Source: a virus
Lineage: Duplodnaviria; Caudoviricetes
Reading direction: 5' to 3' (one strand)
Virus record (IMG/VR): IMGVR_UViG_3300005934_000018
Span: 1-25,346 of that record
DNA: 25,346 bases
The translations under genes were made by a program, and so were the position numbers. Shown here piece by piece: positions 16,585-24,313 of the stretch (positions are counted from its first letter, which is position 1; every line of letters begins with the position of its first letter). Under the pieces are notes generated by a model. It saw nothing but the letters and a program-made list of their open reading frames with translations, had not been told where the DNA came from and made no database searches.

Positions 16585-16892
16585 CGTCTTCTACTAATCT
16601 TTACTCTTTTACCCTGTGCCGCTTTGTTCAACTGTTGAACCCTTATACTTGCAGGATTTACTCTTTTTGTTCTACGAGCCTTACGTGCCATTCTTGCACC
16701 TAATCTTGCTCTTGTTTTTTTCAATCTTATCTTTGCTTTAATATTAGGTGCGGCAAAGCATTGACCTATGCGAGATACAATACGTCCCTTACGTTGTCCT
16801 GAAGTGCAACGATACTTACGCACGACCTTTTTACCAGATCTTGCCCAAATTTGTTTCTCTTCCAGAGGTAAGGTTATCTCTTGTACTAACAT
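16581..16892 (-). CDS. Highly basic protein, paralog B
   Basis: Same motif, ATGA-coupled to paralog A, TAAATA at 16906-16901. Confidence 0.8.
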   Translation of the reverse strand: MLVQEITLPLEEKQIWARSGKKVVRKYRCTSGQRKGRIVSRIGQCFAAPNIKAKIRLKKTRARLGARMARKARRTKRVNPASIRVQQLNKAAQGKRVKISRRR

Positions 16893-16919
16893 AGTACTTG
16901 TATTTAGTGTTTAAAATGT

Positions 16920-17171
16920 TTAATTGAAGTTGATAAGAATAACAATGATAGTGGATAGTAGTCCTGCAACAATAGTACCTGCGGCACCTATAACTACTTT
17001 GATCATTGATTTGTTTCCGTGTTGGATATCTGAGTGGATGTGTTCTACTTTTTGTTCAATTTTAGAGAGGCGGCTTTCTAACACTTCGTACCTTTGGGCA
17101 CAAAGATCAACGTGTGCTTCTAAATTTTCTTTTTCTAAACTTGTGGCTTTTGCCATCTTTAATCTCTCCAT
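16920..17171 (-). CDS. Coiled-coil plus C-terminal TM protein (holin/XhlA-like); two possible starts, 17171 and 17156
   Basis: LEAHVDLCAQRYEVLESRLSKIEQKV coiled coil followed by a single C-terminal hydrophobic helix. Confidence 0.6.
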   Translation of the reverse strand: MERLKMAKATSLEKENLEAHVDLCAQRYEVLESRLSKIEQKVEHIHSDIQHGNKSMIKVVIGAAGTIVAGLLSTIIVILINFN

Positions 17172-17211
17172 TGTACCCTGCTCCAGGGCAAATTAGTAAA
17201 CTCGTTAGTTG

Positions 17212-17260
17212 GCCTAATTATGATTTATGGATGCCTAATTGTGATGTAAAGTTGCCTATT
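17212..17260. repeat. Non-coding 21-bp-period direct repeat
   Basis: gccta at 17212, 17233 and 17254. The first two units are identical at 16 of 21 positions. Confidence 0.7.
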
Positions 17261-17277
17261 CTATAATGATATTTATT

Positions 17278-17694
17278 CTATTGTTCGTGCTCATTATCAG
17301 GTAATATAAACAAGATATTACGCTCTTCGTTATCTTTTGTTTTGAACACATTATTATTTATCGTAATTGATTCTGTAAGTCCAGGAATCATAGGTATAAG
17401 ATCAAAGTCATTAATAAGTGTTGCTTCATCAATACCTGCAACTACTGTTTCTAAGTTAAACTCAAAAGTCCATACTTTGTGTGTTCCTTTGTATGCTGAC
17501 CCAAAACCTAACTCATCTACTACCTGTTCAGTCATTGTAGGACCTACATCATAGTAAGGGTTAAAACGCATACTCAAACAGTTAAAGAAACTCATAAAGT
17601 TGCTCTGTTGATTTACCAACAACTTTTCAGTACAATTATGTTTGTGTTTTTTGGTTTCAGTAATGTCCAATAATGTTTTGACTATAATCTTCAT
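17278..17694 (-). CDS. Hypothetical protein
   Basis: 138-aa ORF, TAAGTA 5 nt before the ATG. Confidence 0.7.
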   Translation of the reverse strand: MKIIVKTLLDITETKKHKHNCTEKLLVNQQSNFMSFFNCLSMRFNPYYDVGPTMTEQVVDELGFGSAYKGTHKVWTFEFNLETVVAGIDEATLINDFDLIPMIPGLTESITINNNVFKTKDNEERNILFILPDNEHEQ

Positions 17695-17713
17695 AGTAAT
17701 ACTTATCGGTCAT

Positions 17714-17746
17714 AAAAAAAGGGCGCCTACAAAGTGACGCCCTTTT
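17714..17746 (-). terminator. Rho-independent terminator
   Basis: GGGCGTC-ACTTTGTA-GGCGCCC followed by T7. Confidence 0.85.
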
Positions 17747-17765
17747 AAGTTACACTTTATTATGA

Positions 17766-18116
17766 TTATGCAACTGTGATTGTCGCACCGTCTGCTACTG
17801 TAGAGTCATTCGCGCCTGCTGTCGCTTCGAATACTTTTCTAACTCTTTCTTGTAGAGATGCCGCAGTATTAGCGTGACCATCCATGATCACTGATACTGT
17901 GCCAGCCGCACTGTCAGTTGCTGTGTACATCAATGGGTTTAAGTCATTGATTAATTTGTTTAAGTTACCGCCGACTGTACCGTCGTCTGCTCTTAAATCG
18001 ATTGCAGTGTTTGAGTCATCCTTAACTGTAATTAAGAATGCTTTCATTTGTGCATGAGATTTAATTCCACCAACTGTAATATCAGCGAAACCGTTTACTT
18101 TTGTGATACCTGCCAT
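17766..18116 (-). CDS. Probable abundant structural protein (capsid decoration-like)
   Basis: Ala/Thr/Gly/Asp-rich 116 aa, AGGAG RBS, own TAAATA promoter (18207-18202), structured leader and terminator. Confidence 0.6.
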   Translation of the reverse strand: MAGITKVNGFADITVGGIKSHAQMKAFLITVKDDSNTAIDLRADDGTVGGNLNKLINDLNPLMYTATDSAAGTVSVIMDGHANTAASLQERVRKVFEATAGANDSTVADGATITVA

Positions 18117-18223
18117 TTTATTTCTCCTATATGTTTTTCTCTGAGAATGTGTTCTCTCTCTAATGGCAATAAAGCGTTACTCTACGCTCTACTGTTACAT
18201 TTATTTAGTCGATTTTGGAAATA

Positions 18224-19099
18224 TTACTTCTTATGCTGTGTTTTTGCACGTTTTTCGAGTGTTCTGAGCATACTAACAAAGGCAGGACCGCCTTTTACTA
18301 TATTATCTATCATCTTAATTGCTGGCAAGTATGCCTGTACAAACTGTGGTGCAACTGGTTTGCCTTGTTTAGCAAGTTCAATGAATTTCTTTGTAAGCAT
18401 AAGATTGTCTGTGCCTACAAGATATCTATACAGTGCAAGGTCTCTACCTTGTACACTGATATCAGGAACACTTACTGTTGGTTCTGGATCGCTAATCTTA
18501 GCAGTTTCAAGATCTCTTACTGAAGCAAGTTCTTCTACATATTGAATTATATCACTTGAACGAAGTTTTGCTCTAACAGCAAACAGTAAACGTGTTACAA
18601 TTTTTTTCTTGTCTGCTGTTGCTAATCTTTCTAAGTTGAAAATATTACGTCTAACATCTTTATAGTCTGTGTTAGAAATATGAAGTGCATTTTCAATACT
18701 TACAAATGTTGCTTGGTCAGTCATTGACGAAGCACGACCTGATGCTAATGCCATCAAGTATCTATTGAATGCCATAACAGGTAATGTTGTTCTTCTACGA
18801 ACAGTTATAGCCGCTTTTGGATCTTTTAATTTTTTAAGTGTTTCGTCATCGCCTGTGACAAAGTGTGCAAAGTTATACAGGTCAGTTGCATACATTCTAA
18901 AATGTTTGTAACTATCTCTGTCAGTGGTCTTTCTGGCATACCCATGTGCGAACGGAGCAAACTGTGGATATCGTCTAAGCAGTTCTAAGGAAAGCAAAGT
19001 CAAATATAATCGCTCACAACAATCTGTGTAGGTAAGAACCTTTTGATTGTTGCTATCGCGAGTCATTCTCGCTTCATGTAGTTCCGCCAAAAATTCCAT
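18224..19099 (-). CDS. Hypothetical protein, probably virion-internal
   Basis: 291-aa helical ORF starting MEFLAELHE-A. Confidence 0.75.
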   Translation of the reverse strand: MEFLAELHEARMTRDSNNQKVLTYTDCCERLYLTLLSLELLRRYPQFAPFAHGYARKTTDRDSYKHFRMYATDLYNFAHFVTGDDETLKKLKDPKAAITVRRRTTLPVMAFNRYLMALASGRASSMTDQATFVSIENALHISNTDYKDVRRNIFNLERLATADKKKIVTRLLFAVRAKLRSSDIIQYVEELASVRDLETAKISDPEPTVSVPDISVQGRDLALYRYLVGTDNLMLTKKFIELAKQGKPVAPQFVQAYLPAIKMIDNIVKGGPAFVSMLRTLEKRAKTQHKK

Positions 19100-19527
19100 T
19101 ATGCGTAATTACTCTTCTCTGTACTCTCTGGATTGTACTTTGTTAAAAATGCTTTGATCATATCGTTTTGATCTTTTGCTTTTAATAACATTTCAAGAGT
19201 TTCTGCATTCTGCACATCTTTTGTAAACTGACGCTTTACAGCAGGCTTAACTTTATCTGTGGTTAGTAACATTTTAAGTACACTTGCTTGTTGCGGTGTA
19301 ATAGGATGTTCTTTACCATCATCAGTTGTAACTGATTTAATTGGGTTTGGATTACCACGACTATCAAGTACTTTACCTACTTGCATAATCATTGGTGTTT
19401 GTTTAAAATCTGGATCAAGACCAGCGTTGTCGTCATCTGCTGAGTCTGGTCCGCCAATGCCTAAGTCACGAAAGTCATCATCGATTTCGTGCATCTTAAC
19501 ATCGTCTAACATTTCTTTAAGTTTCAT
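19099..19527 (-). CDS. Hypothetical protein, probably virion-internal
   Basis: 142 aa, AGGAG RBS, MKLKEML start. Confidence 0.75.
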   Translation of the reverse strand: MKLKEMLDDVKMHEIDDDFRDLGIGGPDSADDDNAGLDPDFKQTPMIMQVGKVLDSRGNPNPIKSVTTDDGKEHPITPQQASVLKMLLTTDKVKPAVKRQFTKDVQNAETLEMLLKAKDQNDMIKAFLTKYNPESTEKSNYA

Positions 19528-19536
19528 AGTTTGCTC

Positions 19537-21168
19537 CTATCTCATTTGTGCTCTGTTAGCCGCAGTAAATCCTCTGCGATTAACAAGTTTCATATCTCCT
19601 GTAGGATCAGACAGCACATATCCTTCTCCCCCAGGTTGTCCATTAATGGTTGCAACTACATCACTATCCTGTGAATCAAGTTGTCCAATAATATTATCTT
19701 TAACTTTCATTATGCCATTTACTACGTCCCAAATAGCACTGAATGTATTAATGTTTTCTTTAACGTATTGTGTAATCTTTTCTTGTTTGTTTCTACTCTC
19801 TTTAGAGTTAGACAACCATTTAAGGAAATCACGTCCTAAGTTATCTAATCCTGTATCAACTTTACTGTTTGTATAAGCATAAAGGATGTCGGCGAAGTTA
19901 GAGACTTTCATTTGTTGCAATTTGCTTTTGTCAAGGAAACTGTCAATAGAACTTGCATTTTTATTAATAAGAGCCTCCAACTTCTTTACCGAACTTTCAT
20001 CTACCTTTGGGGTGTCTGAAACTGTTACAGGTGGAATAACAAATAGGTCGTTGCCTTGGAACATATCAAACTGTTTCAATGGCGATTCTGTACCGTTTTC
20101 GTCAACCACTCTGTGTATTACTACACCAACTGAACTTTGTCCTATCCTCTTGCCAATCTTACTGTCAGCCTTAACCATATACTGTACAATTTGTGGCTTG
20201 AACATATACATATCTTGTTCTAAGTTTGGTGTATTAAAATAGAGCATATCTCCTTTGAAGTATCCTCTAAAATTCTCTGGTGTTGCTTTCTCCATTACAG
20301 AGTAAGCCTTTTTCATATTAGCCGCCAGTGCTTTAAATCCTTCTGGATTTTTCTGTGCGCCTGGTCTTGCAAGGAACATTTTTTCTACTGCTTCAGGACT
20401 TTTGTTTTTACCATCGTATCCTTTTGCTCCAAATCCTCCTTTATCGGTAAGCATAAACTTTCCATCTTCATCGCGTCCAAAAATGACTGCGGGAGATCCG
20501 TCCCATTTAATAGTAACTTTTCCTTGTCCGCCACTTGCCAACTCCTTTAACTGTGCTAATGCACGTTTAGCCCCTGCACTACCTTGAAAGAAAACTAAGT
20601 CTTCTGCGTGTTGGATACGTGCTTCTGCTTCATATAATTTGCTTTCAACTTTTGTTCTTGTCTGTGCTTTGTTGAAAAGATCTATACCTTGTTTTGCATT
20701 GAGTGGTTTAGGATATGTTTTACTATTTGAATACCAAGCATTTTTATTATAAGTCCATGTAACACCTTTTTCATCAGTAAAGGCAGATCCGTCTTTTAAT
20801 TCTCTTGGAGTTCTAATAGGTTCACCTGACAGCACTCCTCGTTTCTCTGTTCCTTGACCAGTTGTTGGAGTATCTTTCTTTTGAAACTTTGTACCTGGTT
20901 TAGGTTTGTCACTTTGCATAGCACCTTTTATTTCACCGGCTGTGTCGCCTACAGATCTAATAATAGAACCAAGGTCACCACCGGCTTTATTGCCAGCACC
21001 TATTTTTCCTATTTCTCTACCTTTCTTGAAAGCCGCTTTTGCTTTAGCAAACATACCTGGTCCTTTTTCACCTGGGTTTGTAATCTGCTGAGTAGTAGTT
21101 TGGTCGTCATACTTGACGGGTGCTTTTTTTGCAGTTGGTGCTTCTACTTTAAAATCTTTAAACTTCAT
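19537..21168 (-). CDS. Covalent nucleotidyltransferase (RNA-ligase-like, DUF6267-like) with low-complexity N-terminal extension
   Basis: TIKWDGSPA (motif I KxDG), FKGDMLY (III-like), GEGYVL (IV), MKLV (V). Confidence 0.7.
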   Translation of the reverse strand: MKFKDFKVEAPTAKKAPVKYDDQTTTQQITNPGEKGPGMFAKAKAAFKKGREIGKIGAGNKAGGDLGSIIRSVGDTAGEIKGAMQSDKPKPGTKFQKKDTPTTGQGTEKRGVLSGEPIRTPRELKDGSAFTDEKGVTWTYNKNAWYSNSKTYPKPLNAKQGIDLFNKAQTRTKVESKLYEAEARIQHAEDLVFFQGSAGAKRALAQLKELASGGQGKVTIKWDGSPAVIFGRDEDGKFMLTDKGGFGAKGYDGKNKSPEAVEKMFLARPGAQKNPEGFKALAANMKKAYSVMEKATPENFRGYFKGDMLYFNTPNLEQDMYMFKPQIVQYMVKADSKIGKRIGQSSVGVVIHRVVDENGTESPLKQFDMFQGNDLFVIPPVTVSDTPKVDESSVKKLEALINKNASSIDSFLDKSKLQQMKVSNFADILYAYTNSKVDTGLDNLGRDFLKWLSNSKESRNKQEKITQYVKENINTFSAIWDVVNGIMKVKDNIIGQLDSQDSDVVATINGQPGGEGYVLSDPTGDMKLVNRRGFTAANRAQMR

Positions 21169-21919
21169 TTAACTTATCCAATGTATTTCTAAACCATTCA
21201 CGTCCTTCTAACGCAACTGCTTCAGGTAGTTTTAATCCGTCTTTCTCAAAATATTTTATAGCATCGTCTACCATTGCTTTGTAATTAGGATCGCTTTTAA
21301 TTTTAGCAACAATAGTTTCAACGCTATCTAAGTCAGCACCTTTAGCATTATCTCCTAATAGATACTGAGCAATCTCGTCTGGGTTTTTAGAAACTGTTTT
21401 ATTTGTAATTCTATCTACAAGTCCTGTTTGACTATTAAATTTATATCCATGAAACTTTGCAATGCTCGAAATAAGAACTGCTCTGTGCATACCTTTGTAA
21501 GGTGTGTTATCACCGGAACCTTTCATAGCAAACTTCATAAACTCAGGCTCGCCAAACATTAAATCTAATTGTGCAAATCCATTTTTAGGATCGCCCTTGA
21601 TAGGAGTTTTAAAGTGTACGTTGATACCCGACTTTGCTACCCACTGTCTTGGATCATCGTCTGGGTGGTTCTGTTTAACCCAAGCATTAAGTTTAGCAGT
21701 TAACTCATCTTTGCTAATTTTGTCTTTATCAACAGCAATATCCATGTCGCCGCTTGTGCTACGGATGCCAGTTGATCCTAACTTATGATCTGTTAGGTTA
21801 AACCCAACAATCTTCTCTGCCCACTGTAGGGTAGGATCTACATCTGCTTGATTAATACGTTGTGTTACGGGAGTCCCGTCATCGTTTTTAAAAACGTTTC
21901 CACCTTCTTTAAGAATCAT
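21158..21919 (-). CDS. Pol-beta-superfamily nucleotidyltransferase
   Basis: LGSTG.....GDMDIAVD (hGS..DhD) with a third Asp in QLDLMF. Confidence 0.75.
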   Translation of the reverse strand: MILKEGGNVFKNDDGTPVTQRINQADVDPTLQWAEKIVGFNLTDHKLGSTGIRSTSGDMDIAVDKDKISKDELTAKLNAWVKQNHPDDDPRQWVAKSGINVHFKTPIKGDPKNGFAQLDLMFGEPEFMKFAMKGSGDNTPYKGMHRAVLISSIAKFHGYKFNSQTGLVDRITNKTVSKNPDEIAQYLLGDNAKGADLDSVETIVAKIKSDPNYKAMVDDAIKYFEKDGLKLPEAVALEGREWFRNTLDKLNEV

Positions 21920-22176
21920 TACTGCCCCTTCTTGCTTTCTTGCACTTTTTGAACGCCTCTTCTAAACTTCTTAGGATCACCTGTTCTGATACTATTAATA
22001 AACCGACGTTCAAGGTCAAGTGCTTCTTCGCTTCCGTAAGTCTCGTTTATGCGATTAAGTAAGTTTACAGCACTCTCGATAATATTAGCACCTGTAGTAG
22101 CAATAAAGGAGTCATTATCCCTATCACGGTGAAGATTGTTTAATTCTTCGAGTATTGATCTGGTTCGTTTTTTCAT
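21919..22176 (-). CDS. Phage hypothetical protein
   Basis: 85-aa helical ORF, TAATG-coupled to the NTase, TAAATA at 22201-22196. Confidence 0.75.
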   Translation of the reverse strand: MKKRTRSILEELNNLHRDRDNDSFIATTGANIIESAVNLLNRINETYGSEEALDLERRFINSIRTGDPKKFRRGVQKVQESKKGQ

Positions 22177-22195
22177 AATACAGTTTCCTTATTAC

Positions 22196-22221
22196 TATTT
22201 ATGGCGATTTGCAAATAAATA
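22196..22221. promoter_or_regulatory. Back-to-back late-type promoters
   Basis: TAAATA on the minus strand (22201-22196) and on the plus strand (22216-22221) in a divergent intergenic gap. Confidence 0.6.
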
Positions 22222-22242
22222 TTATAAAGAAGGAGGGCAACA

Positions 22243-22998
22243 ATGTCAATAAAAGACTTTACCTTTAACGAACGCAGTTTATTGTTCGCTAAATTAGCAC
22301 AAATAGCATACTTAAAGCCTGAAGATGCGACTAAACAAGTTAAAAAGTTAGGCTTTACAACTGTAGAATTTTACAACATAGACGGTGCCCAAGCATATCG
22401 CTTTATGAACAAGCATGATCTTGTGATTGCTTGTAGAGGAACAGAGCCAACAGAATACAATGATATCAAAGCAGATGCAAATGCATTACCTGTCATTGCC
22501 GAAACTGTTAGCAGAGTACACAGAGGTTTCAAACAAGAAGTAGATGAATTATGGCCGTTGGTATTGGAAGACCTTAAACGCAAAGCCAATGATAAAAAAG
22601 AGATTTGGTTTTGTGGTCATTCATTAGGAGCGGCTATGGCAACTATCATGGCAAGTCGCTGTCACTTATATCCAGATGTAGAACCTGTACAGGAACTTTA
22701 CACATTTGGCTCGCCAAGAGTAGGTTGGCCTGAATATGTAAAGAGTCTTGGAGTTACACATCATCGTTGGGTAAACAACAATGATATAGTTACACGAGTT
22801 CCGTTATGGTTAATGGGTTATAGACATCATGGTACTGAACACTATCTAAACGCTTATGGACTAAAACGTAATCCTACTGGTTGGCAACGTGTTAAAGATC
22901 GTTTCCGCGGTATGTGGATGGGTATTAAAAAAGGAACAATTGATAACTTCTCAGATCATAGTATGGTTGAGTATGTTAAGCACATTTCTAAGTTATAG
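22243..22998 (+). CDS. Class 3 lipase (alpha/beta hydrolase)
   Basis: ACRGT lid region, VHRGF, GHSLGAA nucleophile elbow, TFGSPRVG, NDIVTRVP, C-terminal DH. AGGAGG RBS. Confidence 0.93.
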   Translation: MSIKDFTFNERSLLFAKLAQIAYLKPEDATKQVKKLGFTTVEFYNIDGAQAYRFMNKHDLVIACRGTEPTEYNDIKADANALPVIAETVSRVHRGFKQEVDELWPLVLEDLKRKANDKKEIWFCGHSLGAAMATIMASRCHLYPDVEPVQELYTFGSPRVGWPEYVKSLGVTHHRWVNNNDIVTRVPLWLMGYRHHGTEHYLNAYGLKRNPTGWQRVKDRFRGMWMGIKKGTIDNFSDHSMVEYVKHISKL

Positions 22999-23710
22999 TT
23001 GAATTATATTTTACTGCTTCTTTAATAAGAGATAAATCAATATTATCTCTTTCTGCTGTTTTTATAATTGCTTTTGTGTCTTTAGGAAAACAGTGTCCGC
23101 CGAATCCTCTTTCTTGTGTCACCCAACTGTGACTTTCACCTATACGACTATCCGCTGTAACTGCTTGTCTAACTGCTTCGTAATCAACTTTGGTTTCTTG
23201 ACATAGATCAAATATCTGATTAAAGAAAGCAACCTTGGTTGCAAGAAAACTGTTTCTAAAATACTTCGCAAGGATTAATGCTTTTGGATCAAACTCTTGA
23301 ATAGGCTTTTGTATAACCCATTTCCAAAATTCAGTATCGCCGCCGCCTATAAAAGTTTCTTTAGAATTTTGTAAATCTTCTACTGCTGTATTGGCTCTTA
23401 GAAATTCAGGAGAGAAACTTAACTTACGATTAGGAAATGTATCAACAAGCATATCCCAACCTTCAAGACTAATTGTGCTTTTAATTAGGATAGGTACACG
23501 AGGGGAACGCTCAATAACATCAAATACATTTTGCATTTCACAACTACCATCTTGACGTGAAGGTGTGCTAACACATATAATAACACACTCTGGATTGCCA
23601 AAGTCGTTGTAACCTTTCCACGGATCATATATGTTTACGTCATACATATCCTTTAGGAGTTCGTAGTGTGCTTTGCCTACAAAGCCATATCCTGCAATAG
23701 TAATCTTCAT
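22988..23710 (-). CDS. ugd: UDP-glucose/GDP-mannose 6-dehydrogenase-like (short form)
   Basis: GYGFVG Rossmann motif, CVSTP, KSTI, PEFL, K..RNSFLA.K, GFGGHCFPKD catalytic Cys. Lacks the C-terminal domain. Confidence 0.88.
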   Translation of the reverse strand: MKITIAGYGFVGKAHYELLKDMYDVNIYDPWKGYNDFGNPECVIICVSTPSRQDGSCEMQNVFDVIERSPRVPILIKSTISLEGWDMLVDTFPNRKLSFSPEFLRANTAVEDLQNSKETFIGGGDTEFWKWVIQKPIQEFDPKALILAKYFRNSFLATKVAFFNQIFDLCQETKVDYEAVRQAVTADSRIGESHSWVTQERGFGGHCFPKDTKAIIKTAERDNIDLSLIKEAVKYNSTIT

Positions 23711-23718
23711 AGTTTTAT

Positions 23719-24099
23719 TTACTCTGTCTTGCTCTGCAAATCTTTTATTGCGGCTTTTATAGCATCCTCTGCCAATACCGAGCAGTGAATTTTAACTGGC
23801 GGTAAAGCCAATTCTTCAGCGATGTCAGTATTCTTAATTTGCTTGGCCTCTTCAAGCGTTCTACCCTTAACCCATTCGGTAAGTAGACTACTTGATGCAA
23901 TGGCCGACCCACAACCGTATGTTTTAAATTTTGCATCTTCAATTACTCCATCTTCGTCTACTTGGATCTGTAGACGCATAACATCTCCACAGGCAGGTGC
24001 TCCTACCATTCCTGTTCCTACGTTTTCTTTCTTGGGATCAAAACTACCTACGTTGCGAGGATTCTCATAATGATCCATTACCTTATCGCTGTATGCCAT
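23719..24099 (-). CDS. iscU: Fe-S cluster assembly scaffold IscU
   Basis: YSDKVMDHYENPRNVG, APACGD, FKTYGCGSAIASSS, LPPVKIHC. Confidence 0.98.
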   Translation of the reverse strand: MAYSDKVMDHYENPRNVGSFDPKKENVGTGMVGAPACGDVMRLQIQVDEDGVIEDAKFKTYGCGSAIASSSLLTEWVKGRTLEEAKQIKNTDIAEELALPPVKIHCSVLAEDAIKAAIKDLQSKTE

Positions 24100-24313
24100 C
24101 TTTCTCTCCTATTTCACAATACTTTTCTTGCTGGGTGAAGAAGTCTTCTTCTTCCCAGTTGGGTGCTTGTCTAAACTGTAAGGGATTGCCAGTGCGTTTT
24201 GAATACGCTCCACTGTATTTAACAACGATTGTATCATCTTCATATAGTATCTTGTCCTGGGCATACGTATTTGATACTAATAATGCTAACAGGATCGATG
24301 TAATAATACCCAT
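24083..24313 (-). CDS. Small exported hypothetical protein (start probably ATG 24313)
   Basis: MGIITSILLALLVSNTYA-Q signal-peptide-like N-terminus. Confidence 0.5.
   Translation of the reverse strand: MGIITSILLALLVSNTYAQDKILYEDDTIVVKYSGAYSKRTGNPLQFRQAPNWEEEDFFTQQEKYCEIGEKDGIQR

Noticed and set aside
17212-17260. Mini-CRISPR reading of the 21-bp repeats
   Set aside because: The units are contiguous and degenerate, with no unique spacers.
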